Positions 17,191 through 28,710 of a stretch of DNA of 64,000 nucleotides are shown here, in pieces. The stretch is from the NCBI GenBank assembly GCA_031402515.1, contig JANNSK010000008.1, forward strand, positions 9,717 through 73,716, read 5' to 3'. This stretch comes from Alphaproteobacteria bacterium (GTDB taxonomy: Bacteria; Pseudomonadota; Alphaproteobacteria; Rickettsiales; UBA3002). Made by a program: the position numbers and the translations under genes. Under the pieces are notes generated by a model. It searched no databases. It saw nothing but the letters and a program-made list of their open reading frames with translations, and was not told the DNA's origin. Positions within the stretch are counted from its first letter, which is position 1; each line of letters begins with the position of its first letter.

Positions 17191-18843
17191 ATGGTAAAAA
17201 AGCCTTCCATCTACACACAGCATCTCGGTAAAACCCCGGCGAATTATGTGCCGCTTTCGCCGCTCGGCTTCATCGAGCGCGCGGCGCAAGTGTACCCTGA
17301 CCATACGGCGATGATTCACCTCGATACGCGCCGCACATGGCGCAAGCAATATGCGCGTTGCCGGCAATTGGCCAGCGCGCTCGCCAAACAAGGCATTGGC
17401 AAGGAGGACACGGTGTCAATCCTTGCCCATAACTGCCCAGCGCATTTTGAGGTCTACTATGGTGTGCCGATGGTGGGTGCGGTCATCAGCGCCCTCAACA
17501 CCCGGCTCGATGCGGCGATGATCGCCTTCATGCTTGAGCACTCGGCAACCAAGTTGTTATTCATCGACCGCCAGCTCGCACCTCTTGTGAAAGATGCGCT
17601 GATGAACATGAAAACTAAGCCCATCATCATCGATATCGATGATCCTGCTTACACCGGCCCCGGCGAGCGCATTGGGAACATAGAGTATGAGGAGTTCATC
17701 GCGCAAGGCGATCCGGAATTCGCTTGGACGCTGCCAGAGGATGAATGGGCACCGATTGCGCTGAACTATACCTCCGGCACAACGGGCGATCCCAAGGGCG
17801 TCGTCTACCATCATCGCGGCGCATACTTAAACGCCATCGGTAACGCGCTGATCTGGAACATGCAGACGCATCCAGTGTATCTGTGGACGCTGCCGATGTT
17901 TCATGCCAGTGGCTGGTGTTTTCACTGGACCACCGCGGCGATGAGCGGCACGAACGTCATTCTGCGCAGGGTCGACGCGGCGGATATTTTCGCCCTCATC
18001 GAAAACCACGGCGTCACCCATTTCACCGCCGCACCCGTCGTGCTCAACACGCTCATCAACGCACCGGCGCAGGTGCAGAAAAAATACGGCCGCGTCATCG
18101 AGGTCATGACCGCAGGATCGGCGCCGCCCGCTGCCGTGCTTGAGGCCTGCGAGGAAATGGATTTCAATGTCACCCATGTCTACGGCGCGACGGAAGTATA
18201 TGGGCCCAACATGTCCTGCGCCTGGCATCGAGAGTGGGATGCACTGCCTTCCGACAAACGCGCCGAGCTGAACGCGCGCCAGGGGGTACGCTCCCCTGCC
18301 CTTGAATATATGATGGTCGCCGATCACAAAACGATGGGAGAAACGCCATGGGATGGGAAAACCATCGGCGAATGCATGATGCGCGGCAACGTAGTGATGA
18401 GCGGGTATTTGAAGAATCCTGTGACGACGGAGGCCACCTTCAAGGGCGGCTGGTATCACACCGGCGACCTCGCCGTGCGCCATCCGGATGGGTATATCGA
18501 GGTTAAGGATCGCTTGAAGGATATCATCATCTCCGGTGGTGAGAATATCTCGACCATCGAGGTCGAGAGCATCATTTACCGCCACCCGGCGGTGCTCGAA
18601 GCCGCTGTCGTTGCGCGGCCTCACAATCATTGGGGTGAAACACCCTGCGCTTTCATCGAGCTTAAAGTTGGCGCAAAATGCTCGGAAGAAGAAATGATCG
18701 AGTATTGCCGCACGCATATGGCACGTTTCAAAGCACCGAAAACGGTGATATTTGGACCGCTGGATAAAACCCCCACCGGAAAAATCCAGAAATTCATCCT
18801 GCGCGAACGCGCGAAGCAGCTGACCACCAAGGAGTCCGCATGA
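17191..18843 (+). CDS. Acyl-CoA synthetase (AMP-forming, medium/branched-chain type)
   Basis: AMP-binding motifs YTSGTTGDPKGV, GYLKNP, YHTGDL, PKTPTGKIQK. Confidence 0.9.
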   Translation: MVKKPSIYTQHLGKTPANYVPLSPLGFIERAAQVYPDHTAMIHLDTRRTWRKQYARCRQLASALAKQGIGKEDTVSILAHNCPAHFEVYYGVPMVGAVISALNTRLDAAMIAFMLEHSATKLLFIDRQLAPLVKDALMNMKTKPIIIDIDDPAYTGPGERIGNIEYEEFIAQGDPEFAWTLPEDEWAPIALNYTSGTTGDPKGVVYHHRGAYLNAIGNALIWNMQTHPVYLWTLPMFHASGWCFHWTTAAMSGTNVILRRVDAADIFALIENHGVTHFTAAPVVLNTLINAPAQVQKKYGRVIEVMTAGSAPPAAVLEACEEMDFNVTHVYGATEVYGPNMSCAWHREWDALPSDKRAELNARQGVRSPALEYMMVADHKTMGETPWDGKTIGECMMRGNVVMSGYLKNPVTTEATFKGGWYHTGDLAVRHPDGYIEVKDRLKDIIISGGENISTIEVESIIYRHPAVLEAAVVARPHNHWGETPCAFIELKVGAKCSEEEMIEYCRTHMARFKAPKTVIFGPLDKTPTGKIQKFILRERAKQLTTKESA

Positions 18844-20027
18844 ACAAAGACCCGATTGTAATCGTCAGCTACGCCCGTACGCCGATAGGCGGCTTCCAAG
18901 GCGACTTCGGTGCCGTCTCCGCACCCGAGCTTGGCGCGGCAGCCATCAAAGCCGCCATCGTCCGCAGTGGCGTCAAGAACGATGCGGTGGATGACGTCAT
19001 CATGGGCTGCGTCTTGCCCGCAGGTCAGGGTCAGGCCCCAGCGCGGCAAGCCTCCCGCGGCGCGGGATTGCCCGACAAAGTCGGCGCGACAACCGTGAAC
19101 AAAATGTGCGGCTCAGGCATGCGCGCCGTGATGTTCGCCCATGACCAGATTCTGGCAGGAAGCTCGGATATCATCGTCGCCGGCGGGATGGAGAGCATGA
19201 CCAACGCGCCCTATCTTATTCCCAAAGCTCGCGCCGGATTGCGCATGGGACACGGCGAAGTGAAGGATACCATGTTCCTCGACGGGCTTGAGGATGCCTA
19301 CCAGAAAGGCACGTTGATGGGCGTATTCGCCGAACAGTGCGCGGGGCATTATAAATTTACCCGCGAAGCACAGGATGCGTTCGCCATGACCTCCCTCACC
19401 CGCGCACAGAAAGCGATTGTAAACGGTAATTTTAAAACCGAAATTACGCCGGTAGAAATCGTGTCGCGCACGGGCACCGTCACCGTAGAAATCGACGAAC
19501 AACCCGGCAAAGCCAGGCCGGAGAAAATCACCACCCTCAAGCCCGCCTTCGCCAAGGATGGCACCGTCACCGCCGCCAATGCCAGCTCGATCTCCGATGG
19601 CGCCGCAGCGTTGCTATTGATGCGCCGCTCACAGGCGGAAAAACTAAAAATTAAAATCCTCGCCACCATTGTCAACCATAGCACGCATGCACAAGCGCCA
19701 GACTGGTTCACCACTGCTCCGGTCGGTGCTATGAAAAAGCTCTCCGAGAAAACTGGCTGGAAGTTCTCCGATGTTGATTTGTTCGAGGTGAATGAGGCTT
19801 TCGCCGTAGTGGCGATGGCAGCGATGAAGGAACTCAACCTCCCGCACGAGAAAGTGAATATCCATGGTGGCGCTTGTGCGTTGGGCCACCCCATCGGCGC
19901 CTCCGGCGCGCGCATTATGGCCACGCTGCTTTCCGCGCTGGAGCAGAACAACCTCAAGCGCGGCATGGCGTCGTTATGTATCGGCGGTGGCGAAGCCACC
20001 GCCATTGCGATTGAGCGCACCGCATGA
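18840..20027 (+). CDS. Acetyl-CoA C-acyltransferase (thiolase)
   Basis: Thiolase motifs NKMCGSGMRAV, NIHGGACALGHPIGASGARI, CIGGGEA. Its start overlaps the upstream stop. Confidence 0.9.
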   Translation: MNKDPIVIVSYARTPIGGFQGDFGAVSAPELGAAAIKAAIVRSGVKNDAVDDVIMGCVLPAGQGQAPARQASRGAGLPDKVGATTVNKMCGSGMRAVMFAHDQILAGSSDIIVAGGMESMTNAPYLIPKARAGLRMGHGEVKDTMFLDGLEDAYQKGTLMGVFAEQCAGHYKFTREAQDAFAMTSLTRAQKAIVNGNFKTEITPVEIVSRTGTVTVEIDEQPGKARPEKITTLKPAFAKDGTVTAANASSISDGAAALLLMRRSQAEKLKIKILATIVNHSTHAQAPDWFTTAPVGAMKKLSEKTGWKFSDVDLFEVNEAFAVVAMAAMKELNLPHEKVNIHGGACALGHPIGASGARIMATLLSALEQNNLKRGMASLCIGGGEATAIAIERTA

Positions 20028-21166
20028 ATCTGACCAACGAGCAGGAAATGATCCGCGACATGGCGCGCGAATTTGCGCAAGGCAAGCTCTTGCCAGGGGC
20101 CGCTGAGCGCGACCGCACGAGTGGGTTTCCAGAAAAAGAAATCGCCGAGATGGGCAAGCTCGGGCTGATGGGCATGATTGTACCTGAGGAGTTCGGCGGC
20201 GCTGGCGCAGACACCGTGTCGATGGCACTTGCGATTGCCGAAATCGCTGCGGCGGATGGTGGTGTATCGACCGTGATGAGCGTACAGAACTCGCTTATCT
20301 GCATGGCACTTTTACGCTTTGGTAATGACCCACAGAAACAGAAGTTTCTTGCCCCCTGCGCCCGTGGCGAAATGATCGGCGCCTTCGCTTTGAGCGAACC
20401 GCAGGCAGGTTCCGACGCTTCTGCCTTGCGCACCAAAGCAGTGAAAAAAGGCAGCGAGTACATCCTTAACGGAACCAAGCAATTCATCACCTCCGGCAAG
20501 CATGGCGATGTCGCCATCGTCTTTGCCGTGACGGATGCGGCTGCTGGGAAAAAAGGCATCTCCGCCTTCATCGTACCCACCAACACATCCGGTTATACCG
20601 TGGCAACCGTCGAGCATAAAATGGGCCAGCATTCCTCCGACACGGCGCAAATCGTGTTCGATGACATGCATATACCTGCCGAGAATCTTTTGGGCAAAGA
20701 AGGCGAAGGCTACAAAATTGCGCTCGCCAATTTGGAAGGCGGGCGTATCGGCATTGCCGCGCAATCGGTGGGGCTGGCGCAGGCGGCGTACGACGCCGCG
20801 CTGGCCTATGCCCGCGAACGGGAGAGTTTTGGTAAACCTATTTTTGAGCATCAGGCAGTCGGATTCCGCCTTGCCGATATGGCCACCCAACTTCACGCCG
20901 CACGGCTGATGGTGCTGCATGCCGCGGCACTGCGCGATGCTGGGAAACCATGCTTGAAGGAAGCCTGCATGGCCAAGCTCTTTGCCTCCGAAGCAGCGGA
21001 AGCTGTCGCCAGTAGCGCGATTCAAGTGCATGGCGGTTATGGTTACCTCGCGGATTTTCCAGTCGAGCGGATTTACCGTGACGCCCGCGTCTGCACGATT
21101 TATGAAGGCACCAGCGACATTCAGCGCATGGTCATCACCAAAGAAATCACCAAGGAAAATGCATGA
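20024..21166 (+). CDS. Acyl-CoA dehydrogenase (short/branched-chain type)
   Basis: ACAD motifs GAFALSEPQAGSD, QIHGGYGY, IYEGTSDIQ. Confidence 0.9.
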   Translation: MNLTNEQEMIRDMAREFAQGKLLPGAAERDRTSGFPEKEIAEMGKLGLMGMIVPEEFGGAGADTVSMALAIAEIAAADGGVSTVMSVQNSLICMALLRFGNDPQKQKFLAPCARGEMIGAFALSEPQAGSDASALRTKAVKKGSEYILNGTKQFITSGKHGDVAIVFAVTDAAAGKKGISAFIVPTNTSGYTVATVEHKMGQHSSDTAQIVFDDMHIPAENLLGKEGEGYKIALANLEGGRIGIAAQSVGLAQAAYDAALAYARERESFGKPIFEHQAVGFRLADMATQLHAARLMVLHAAALRDAGKPCLKEACMAKLFASEAAEAVASSAIQVHGGYGYLADFPVERIYRDARVCTIYEGTSDIQRMVITKEITKENA

Positions 21167-21930
21167 AAATTGAAAAGAATATTGCAGCGATTGTCACCGG
21201 CGGTGGCTCCGGCATGGGTGCTGCCACAGCGCACGCACTGGCCAAGGCGGGCGCGAAGGTTGCACTGCTTGATATGAATCTCGATGCAGCCAAAAAAGTT
21301 GCAGATAAAATCGGCGCCATCGCCATCGCCTGCGACGTCACCAGCGGTAAGAGCGTCGAAGATGCGCTCGCCGTAGCAGCCAAGGCGCATGGGCATGCAC
21401 GCATCGTCGTTCATTGCGCAGGGATCCTCATCGGCAAACGCATCCTCGGCAAGGAAGGCCCTGCCGACCTTGAGCATTTCGCTAAGGTGATAAATGTTAA
21501 TCTCGTCGGCGCGTTTAATGTCATGCGATTGGTTTCGGCGGATATGTCAACCCTTGAACCCGTTACTAAATCCGGCGAGCGCGGCATCATTATTAACGCC
21601 GCCTCCATCGCCGCGTTTGAGGGGCAAATCGGCCAAGCGGCCTATTCCGCCTCCAAAGGCGGTGTCGTGGCCATGACACTGCCCGCCGCCCGCGAACTTG
21701 CCCGTTTCGGTATCCGCGTGATGGCCATCGCGCCGGGTGCGGTCGCCACGCCGATGATTGGAGAAATATCAGAAGAGTTGCAGGCGTCCATCACCGCCTC
21801 CATCCCTTTCCCCAGCCGCTTCGCTGAGCCTGATGAATTCGCATCGCTCACCCTGCACATCATCGAAAACGAAATGCTGAACGGCACGGTGATCCGCCTC
21901 GACGGCGCCACTCGCCTGCAACCGAAATAG
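21163..21930 (+). CDS. SDR-family 3-hydroxyacyl-CoA dehydrogenase (type II / 3-hydroxy-2-methylbutyryl-CoA dehydrogenase-like)
   Basis: TGGGSGMG cofactor motif and YSASKGGV active site. Sits between the ACAD and prpB. Confidence 0.8.
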   Translation: MKIEKNIAAIVTGGGSGMGAATAHALAKAGAKVALLDMNLDAAKKVADKIGAIAIACDVTSGKSVEDALAVAAKAHGHARIVVHCAGILIGKRILGKEGPADLEHFAKVINVNLVGAFNVMRLVSADMSTLEPVTKSGERGIIINAASIAAFEGQIGQAAYSASKGGVVAMTLPAARELARFGIRVMAIAPGAVATPMIGEISEELQASITASIPFPSRFAEPDEFASLTLHIIENEMLNGTVIRLDGATRLQPK

Positions 21931-21937
21931 GAGCCCC

Positions 21938-22819
21938 ATGTCACTTGTCCATGCCGGCGGTTTATTCCGCAAAACACTCCGGGAAGAAAAGCCGCTGCAG
22001 ATCGTAGGCGCGATAAACGCCTACTCGGCGATGATGGCCAAACGCATCGGCTACCGGGCGCTTTACCTTTCCGGGGCGGGTGTGGCCAACGCCTCACACG
22101 GCATGCCAGATCTGGCCGTCACTACGTTGAATGATGTACTTGAGGATGCGCGACGCATCACCGCCGCTGTTGATGTGCCGCTGCTGGTCGACATTGATAC
22201 AGGTTTTGGCGGCGCATTTAATATCGCCCGCACCATCCGGGAAATGGAACGCGCCGGTGTCGCCGCCGTGCATATCGAAGACCAGGTGGCGCAAAAACGC
22301 TGCGGCCACCGGCCGGGCAAGGAAATCGTATCGTCCGAAGAAATGCAGGATCGCATCAAAGCAGCAGTCGACGCACGGCACGACAAAGATTTCGTTATCA
22401 TGGCCCGCACGGATGCTTTGGCGGTTGTAGGGCTGGACGCGGCGATTGAACGCGCAGTAGCTTACGTCAAAGCCGGCGCCGATATGATTTTCGCTGAAGC
22501 GATGACAGACCTTGCGCACTACAAAAAATTCAAAGACGCGGTGAAGGTGCCATTGCTGGCCAACGCTACCGAGTTCGGCAAAACCCCGCTATTTACGAAA
22601 GAAGAATTGAAGGGCGGTGGCATCGATATGATCCTCTACCCCTTAAGCGCCTTCCGCGCGATGAACAAGGCGGCGCTCGATGTTTACAGCGCCATCCGCC
22701 GCGATGGACACCAGAAGAATGTCGTGGATAAAATGCAAACACGCGAGGAGCTTTATGATTTCCTCGACTACCACGCCTACGAGAAAAAACTCGATGTCTT
22801 TTTTGGAGGAAAGAAATGA
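21938..22819 (+). CDS. prpB: Methylisocitrate lyase
   Basis: PEP mutase/ICL family motifs ([23 protein letters not shown]). Context with prpC and prpD. Confidence 0.9.
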   Translation: MSLVHAGGLFRKTLREEKPLQIVGAINAYSAMMAKRIGYRALYLSGAGVANASHGMPDLAVTTLNDVLEDARRITAAVDVPLLVDIDTGFGGAFNIARTIREMERAGVAAVHIEDQVAQKRCGHRPGKEIVSSEEMQDRIKAAVDARHDKDFVIMARTDALAVVGLDAAIERAVAYVKAGADMIFAEAMTDLAHYKKFKDAVKVPLLANATEFGKTPLFTKEELKGGGIDMILYPLSAFRAMNKAALDVYSAIRRDGHQKNVVDKMQTREELYDFLDYHAYEKKLDVFFGGKK

Positions 22820-23949
22820 CTACCGATGTTAAACTCAAGGTAAAAACCGGTGGCCTCGCCGGTGTGAATGCGGGCGAAACGGCTATCTCCGCCGCCGGCG
22901 GCGGGCATGATCTCGATTACCGCGGGTACAGTATTTATGACCTCGCCGAACATGCGACGTTCGAGGAAGTGGCCTATCTCCTTGTGTATGGCAAACTGCC
23001 GAATACAAAAGAACTCGCCACCTATCGCACCAAGCTACAAGCCTTGCGTGATGTACCAAGGCTGCTGAAAGAAGTGCTGGAGCGCATTTCGACCAATGCG
23101 CACCCGATGGATGTGATGCGCACCGCTTGTTCGTTCTTGGGCACCATCGAACCCGAGAATAAAAGCCGCGACCAATGCGCCGTCACGGATCGGTTGCTTG
23201 GCATATTTCCAGCTATATTGGTGTATTGGTGGAAGTTTGCGCATGAAGGCAAGCGCATTGAATGCGTCACCGGCGGCAAAGGTGTCGGCGAACATTTTCT
23301 TACCTTGCTGCATGGAAAGGCGCCTTCTGCGTTACATAAGCGCGCGATGGATGTGTCGCTAATCTTGTACGCCGAACACGAATTCAACGCTTCGACCTTT
23401 GCCGCGCGCGTCGCTACCTCAACCCTCTCGGATTTCCACTCTGCGATCACCGCCGCCATCGGCACACTGCGTGGACCGCTGCATGGCGGCGCGAATGAAG
23501 CGGCGATGGAGCTGATTCAGCAATTCAAAACATCCGAATCCGCCGTCACTGGTGTAAAAGAAATGATGGCAGAGAAAAAACTCATCATGGGATTCGGCCA
23601 CCGCGTCTATAGTGAGTGCGACCCACGCAATAAAGTCATCAAGGAATGGTCGCGCAAGCTGTGCACTGCAGGAGATAAAAAGAACCTGTTTGATATTTCC
23701 GAAGCGATTGAAACACTGATGTGGGACGAAAAACACCTCTTCCCCAATCTCGACTTTTTTAGCGCTAGCACCTATCACATGATGGGCATCCCCACCCCAA
23801 TGTTCACGCCGGTTTTTGTCATGGCGCGCATCTCCGGCTGGGCGGCACATGTGATTGAGCAGCGCGGCAGCAACAAGCTCATCCGCCCCTCGGCCATCTA
23901 TACCGGCCCGTCACATCTTCCTTATATTCCCTTAGACAAGAGAAGCTAA
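22816..23949 (+). CDS. prpC: 2-methylcitrate synthase
   Basis: Citrate synthase family ([17 protein letters not shown]). Overlapping start with prpB. Confidence 0.9.
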   Translation: MTTDVKLKVKTGGLAGVNAGETAISAAGGGHDLDYRGYSIYDLAEHATFEEVAYLLVYGKLPNTKELATYRTKLQALRDVPRLLKEVLERISTNAHPMDVMRTACSFLGTIEPENKSRDQCAVTDRLLGIFPAILVYWWKFAHEGKRIECVTGGKGVGEHFLTLLHGKAPSALHKRAMDVSLILYAEHEFNASTFAARVATSTLSDFHSAITAAIGTLRGPLHGGANEAAMELIQQFKTSESAVTGVKEMMAEKKLIMGFGHRVYSECDPRNKVIKEWSRKLCTAGDKKNLFDISEAIETLMWDEKHLFPNLDFFSASTYHMMGIPTPMFTPVFVMARISGWAAHVIEQRGSNKLIRPSAIYTGPSHLPYIPLDKRS

Positions 23950-25382
23950 TGAGCGCCAATGTTGAGTATAACAAGCGCCCCGAGCCCGATTCCGTCATGG
24001 TCGATATCGCCGACTATATAACGGGTTACACTATCAGCAGCGACGAAGCCTACCACACTGCGCGCCATTGTTTCATGGATACGCTAGGTTGCGGCATCCT
24101 CGCGTTGCGCTTTCCCGAATGCGTGCGACTACTGGGCCCCATCGTTCCCGGCACTGTGGTGCCCAACGGTGCGCGCGTACCCGGCACACCATACGTACTG
24201 GACCCAGTCAAGGCCGCGTTCGATATCGCCTGCATGATCCGCTGGCTGGATTTCAACGACACATGGCTTGCCGCCGAATGGGGCCATCCGTCGGACAATA
24301 TGGGCGGAATTCTTGCCGTCGCCGATTACCTTAACCGCACGGGGAAAGCCAAGTTCACCATGCGTGATGTGTTGACCGCAATGATTAAGGCGCATGAAAT
24401 CCAGGGCTGCATGGCGCTTGAGAACAGCTTCAATCGCGTCGGACTCGACCACGTCATTCTGGTAAAACTCGCCAGCGCAGCTGTGGTAGCTCAAATGATG
24501 GGCGCTGCTAAATCACAAATTATAGACACGATTTCGCAAGTGTTTGTCGATGGGCAATCGTTACGCACCTATCGCCATTCGCCGAATGCCGGGTCGCGCA
24601 AATCCTGGGCGGCGGGCGACGCAACCAGCCGTGCCGTGCGCCTCGCCATGATGGTGATGGCGGGCGAAATGGGCTATCCCAGCGCCATCACCGCGCCTAA
24701 ATGGGGCTTCTACGATGTATTATTCAAGGGCAAACCTTTTGCCTTCCAGCGCCCTTACGGTTCGTATGTCATGGAACAGGTGTTATTCAAAATCTCTTTC
24801 CCCGCCGAGTTCCATGCGCAAACAGCGGTCGAGGCGACGGTGAAGCTACATCCCAAAATCCAAGGTCGGCTGAACGACATTAAAGAGATCAAGCTAACGA
24901 CACATGAATCTGCCATCCGCATCATCAGCAAAACCGGGCCGCTACATAACTATGCCGACCGCGACCATTGCCTGCAATATATGGTGGCAATTGGCCTCAT
25001 TTTTGGCAATCTCACCGCTGACCATTACGAGGATAAAGTCGCCAAAGACCCACGCATCGACGCGCTACGCGATAAAATGACAGTCGTGGAAGACAAGCGC
25101 TACAGCACGGACTACCACGACCCCGAGAAGCGTTCGATTGCTAATAAAATGCAGATATTCTTCCATGATGGCACATCAACAGAAGCGATTGAAATCGAAT
25201 ATCCTATCGGCCACCGCCGCCGTCGCGCCGAGGGAATTCCAGTGTTAGAGAAAAAATTTCTTAGCAATCTCGAAGGCCATTACAGCGCTAAAAAATCCGC
25301 CGAGATTTTTGCGCTCTGTCAGGATGTCAAAACATTCGAGGCTATGTCCGTGTCCACAATGATGGACTTACTCGCTACGTAG
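23949..25382 (+). CDS. prpD: 2-methylcitrate dehydratase
   Basis: 477 aa MmgE/PrpD family. Completes prpBCD. Confidence 0.9.
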   Translation: MSANVEYNKRPEPDSVMVDIADYITGYTISSDEAYHTARHCFMDTLGCGILALRFPECVRLLGPIVPGTVVPNGARVPGTPYVLDPVKAAFDIACMIRWLDFNDTWLAAEWGHPSDNMGGILAVADYLNRTGKAKFTMRDVLTAMIKAHEIQGCMALENSFNRVGLDHVILVKLASAAVVAQMMGAAKSQIIDTISQVFVDGQSLRTYRHSPNAGSRKSWAAGDATSRAVRLAMMVMAGEMGYPSAITAPKWGFYDVLFKGKPFAFQRPYGSYVMEQVLFKISFPAEFHAQTAVEATVKLHPKIQGRLNDIKEIKLTTHESAIRIISKTGPLHNYADRDHCLQYMVAIGLIFGNLTADHYEDKVAKDPRIDALRDKMTVVEDKRYSTDYHDPEKRSIANKMQIFFHDGTSTEAIEIEYPIGHRRRRAEGIPVLEKKFLSNLEGHYSAKKSAEIFALCQDVKTFEAMSVSTMMDLLAT

Positions 25383-26160
25383 CAAACGCGATCAATCGTT
25401 CCACAACCTGCTGCAATACGACCTGCAATTGCGCGACTTTTGCATCGTCAAAATCATACGGCTGCGTCTCCTGCATGTAATTATGTTGGGCGAGTTCGAG
25501 CTGCACCGCGTGCACACCCACCGCCGGATTCCCATAATGGCGGGTGATGTAGCCGCCCTTGAATCGCTCGTTGAGCACGGCGGAATAGCCGCTGTCTTTT
25601 CCTAACACCAGCAACGACTCCGCGAGCGCACTATCCGCTGATGCCCCATCCGCCGTGCCGAAATTAAGATCGGGCAACGTGCCATCGAACAATGTCGGCA
25701 CTGCTGAGGCGATGGAATGCGCGTCGAGCAACACCACGCGCGGCGATTGCGTACGCAATGAACGCAGCAGGCTGCGCAGTTTTTCGTGGTAGGGCTGCCA
25801 GTAGGCGACGGTGCGTGTCAAGGTCTCGGCCTTATCCGGTTCCCTTCCATTCATATATATCGGCGAGGAATCGAACAAAGTCGTCGGGCACAGGCCAGTG
25901 GTGAATTTACCGGGATAGAGCGGCGCATCATCCGGCGCACGATTAAGGTCAACCACATAGCGCGACATCGTGCCGATGAGCATATGCACGCCCATCGCCC
26001 GAGCAAATCCATACAGTCGGTCCACATGCCAATCCGTATCGGGCAAAGTTTTTGCCATCTTGGTGAGGCGCGGGAAAATATCCTCCGGCACGTGCGTTCC
26101 CGCATGCGGCACGCTGATGACGACCGGCAGTTTGCCTTCCAAATAGCGGTAGAGTTCCAT
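25375..26160 (-). CDS. hutG: N-formylglutamate amidohydrolase
   Basis: FGase family ([10 protein letters not shown] ... DLNR ... LDAHS). Start taken at MELYRY. Confidence 0.85.
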   Translation of the reverse strand: MELYRYLEGKLPVVISVPHAGTHVPEDIFPRLTKMAKTLPDTDWHVDRLYGFARAMGVHMLIGTMSRYVVDLNRAPDDAPLYPGKFTTGLCPTTLFDSSPIYMNGREPDKAETLTRTVAYWQPYHEKLRSLLRSLRTQSPRVVLLDAHSIASAVPTLFDGTLPDLNFGTADGASADSALAESLLVLGKDSGYSAVLNERFKGGYITRHYGNPAVGVHAVQLELAQHNYMQETQPYDFDDAKVAQLQVVLQQVVERLIAFAT

Positions 26161-26207
26161 AGCCTGCGATGGTATCCCTAGCGCATTATCGATGCAAGGA
26201 GAGCACG

Positions 26208-27872
26208 ATGCCCCAGACAAAAACCGCCCCCAACCGACGGATCGTCACCGCCCCGCGCGGCAATACACTGAACGCGAAATCATGGCTCACTGAAGCGCCC
26301 TTGCGCATGCTGATGAACAATCTCGACCCGGAGGTCGCTGAAAACCCCGATGAGCTTGTCGTCTATGGCGGCATCGGCAAGGCGGCGCGCAACTGGGAAT
26401 GTTTCGACGCCATCGTGGCAAGCCTGAAAGCACTGGAGAAAGACGAAACACTGCTGGTGCAATCGGGCAAGCCGGTCGGCGTGTTCAAAACGCACACGGG
26501 CGCGCCGCGCGTGCTCATCGCCAACTCGAACCTCGTACCGCACTGGGCAAACTGGGAGCATTTCCGCGAACTCGATAAGAAGGGCCTCATGATGTACGGG
26601 CAAATGACCGCAGGCTCGTGGATTTATATCGGCAGCCAGGGCATCGTGCAGGGCACGTATGAAACCTTCGCCGAAATGGGCCGCCAGCATTACAAGGGCG
26701 ACCTCTCCGGCAAGTGGATTTTGACCGGGGGGTTGGGCGGCATGGGCGGCGCACAACCGCTGGCGGCCACCATGGCAGGTGCGTCGATGCTCGCTGTTGA
26801 GTGCGACCCCACGCGCATCGAGAAACGGCTACAAACAAAATATCTCGATAAGAGTGCGACGACGCTCGATGAAGCACTCGCACTTATCGAACAATCCAAA
26901 ACGCCGATCTCTGTCGGCCTGCTCGGCAACGCGGCGGATGTGTTTTCCGAACTCGTCAAGCGCGGCGTCCGGCCCGATGCGGTGACCGACCAGACATCGG
27001 CGCACGATCCGCTCAACGGCTATTTGCCACAGGGCATGACCATGGCGGAAGCGGCAGCATTGCGCGCGAAGAATCCCGCAGAGATGATCAAACGCGCCAA
27101 GGATTCGATGGCGGTGCAAGTCCGCGCGATGCTGGCGTTCCACACACAAGGTATTCCGGTGTTCGACTATGGCAACAACATCCGCCAGATGGCGCAGGAG
27201 GCGGGCGTAAAAAACGCCTTCGATTTCCCCGGCTTCGTGCCAGCTTACATTCGTCCGCTATTTTGTCGTGGCATTGGGCCGTTCCGTTGGGCGGCTTTGT
27301 CGGGCGATCCTGCGGACATAAAAAAGACAGACGATAAAGTGCGCGAGCTACTGCCGGAAAATAAATCCCTCATGCGCTGGCTGGATATGGCGAGTGAGCG
27401 TATTAAGTTTCAAGGATTGCCCGCGCGTATTTGCTGGGTGGGCTTGGGCGACCGCGCCAAGCTCGGGCTTGCATTCAACGAAATGGTGGCGAGCGGCGAG
27501 CTTTCTGCGCCCATCGTCATCGGCCGCGACCATTTGGATTCCGGTTCCGTCGCCTCCCCCAACCGCGAAACGGAAGGGATGAAAGATGGCTCCGACGCCG
27601 TGTCCGACTGGCCGCTGCTCAACGCGCTGCTCAATACCGCTTCGGGTGCGACATGGGTCAGCCTGCATCACGGCGGAGGTGTCGGCATGGGTTTCTCGCA
27701 ACATGCGGGCATGGTCATCGTCGCCGACGGCAGCGCCGACGCGGCGCGGCGATTAGAAAGAGTGCTCACCAACGACCCCGCCACCGGCGTCATGCGCCAT
27801 GCCGACGCGGGCTACGAACTTGCGATTGAGTGCGCGAAAGAGAAGGGGCTTAAGTCGCCGATGGTTTCTTAA
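26208..27872 (+). CDS. hutU: Urocanate hydratase
   Basis: Unmistakable HutU sequence ([22 protein letters not shown]). Start taken at MPQTKT. Confidence 0.95.
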   Translation: MPQTKTAPNRRIVTAPRGNTLNAKSWLTEAPLRMLMNNLDPEVAENPDELVVYGGIGKAARNWECFDAIVASLKALEKDETLLVQSGKPVGVFKTHTGAPRVLIANSNLVPHWANWEHFRELDKKGLMMYGQMTAGSWIYIGSQGIVQGTYETFAEMGRQHYKGDLSGKWILTGGLGGMGGAQPLAATMAGASMLAVECDPTRIEKRLQTKYLDKSATTLDEALALIEQSKTPISVGLLGNAADVFSELVKRGVRPDAVTDQTSAHDPLNGYLPQGMTMAEAAALRAKNPAEMIKRAKDSMAVQVRAMLAFHTQGIPVFDYGNNIRQMAQEAGVKNAFDFPGFVPAYIRPLFCRGIGPFRWAALSGDPADIKKTDDKVRELLPENKSLMRWLDMASERIKFQGLPARICWVGLGDRAKLGLAFNEMVASGELSAPIVIGRDHLDSGSVASPNRETEGMKDGSDAVSDWPLLNALLNTASGATWVSLHHGGGVGMGFSQHAGMVIVADGSADAARRLERVLTNDPATGVMRHADAGYELAIECAKEKGLKSPMVS

Positions 27873-27873
27873 T

Positions 27874-27910
27874 CGTCATTGCGAGGGCTTTAGCCCGAAG
27901 CAATCCACCT
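27874..27910. repeat. Left palindromic element / inverted repeat flanking the HNH gene
   Basis: cgtcattgcgag-ggctttagccc-gaagcaatccacct. The outer 12 nt and inner 14 nt are identical to the reverse complement of 28677..28708. Confidence 0.8.
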
Positions 27911-27949
27911 TCACTTTTCCCGAATGCTTGCTATTCTTAGTGTCATGAA

Positions 27950-28645
27950 ATGATAAGAAAAGAAATGCTTATGAAATTTGAATTACAGTTACGAAAAAGA
28001 AACAACTCAAAAGACGACCTCATTGCCGATTTACAGAAAATTGCCAGTGAAATTGAGCAAAGTACCCTTACTGCATCTGTTTATGCGGAAAAGGGAAGAT
28101 ACGGCGTCAATACAATGCTGCGGCGTTTTGGTTCTTGGAATAATGCGCTCAAAGCCGCTGGGTTAAAACTGAGTAACCGCCTTAATATCCCTGACGAGGA
28201 ACTTTTTGAAAATCTCGCATATGTGTGGCAAACTCTTGGTCGCCAACCAGTTGGCAAGGATGTAGAAAAATCTCGCGGTTTGTCTAAATTTTCACTGGGA
28301 ACATACGAAAAAAGATTTGGCACATGGAACAAAGCACTCGAAGGCTTTATCAACTATATCAATAAAGATGAAACTGCCGAAAGAACGCTGGCAGAACCTG
28401 CTAAAACTAAATCCAGTCAAAGGCGAACAACTAAGAAAATCAACTGGCGTTTACGCCATATGATCCTTGTTAGGGATAACTGCATTTGTCAAATGTGCGG
28501 CACTTCCCCTGCAAAAGACCCAGATACAGAATTACATGTAGACCATATCATACCGTGGACAAAAGGCGGAGAAACACTTTCAGAGAATCTTCGGACACTT
28601 TGTTCTAAATGCAATATTGGAAAGAGCGATTTATTAATAGAGTAG
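27950..28645 (+). CDS. HNH endonuclease with two N-terminal homing-endonuclease-associated repeats
   Basis: Repeats ...YGVNTMLRRFGSWNNALKAAGL and ...LGTYEKRFGTWNKALEGF. HNH core is CQMCG...HVDHIIPWTKGG...NLRTLCSKCNIGK. Visibly AT-richer than its neighbours. Confidence 0.85.
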   Translation: MIRKEMLMKFELQLRKRNNSKDDLIADLQKIASEIEQSTLTASVYAEKGRYGVNTMLRRFGSWNNALKAAGLKLSNRLNIPDEELFENLAYVWQTLGRQPVGKDVEKSRGLSKFSLGTYEKRFGTWNKALEGFINYINKDETAERTLAEPAKTKSSQRRTTKKINWRLRHMILVRDNCICQMCGTSPAKDPDTELHVDHIIPWTKGGETLSENLRTLCSKCNIGKSDLLIE

Positions 28646-28676
28646 TTGAATTCCCGCTTTTGCAGGAATGACAAAA

Positions 28677-28708
28677 AGGTGGATTGCTTCGCTACGCTCG
28701 CAATGACG
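28677..28708. repeat. Right palindromic element / inverted repeat flanking the HNH gene
   Basis: aggtggattgcttc-gctacg-ctcgcaatgacg. Preceded by a second small hairpin, ttcccgcttttgcaggaa (about 28650..28668). Confidence 0.8.
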
Positions 28709-28710
28709 GT

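Noticed and set aside
17827-18717. 296-aa minus-strand ORF
   Set aside because: It is antisense to the well-supported acyl-CoA synthetase gene. Its Arg/Gly/His-rich composition marks it as an artefact. The same applies to 19349..20080, 19954..20586 and 20312..21031, which lie opposite the thiolase and ACAD genes.
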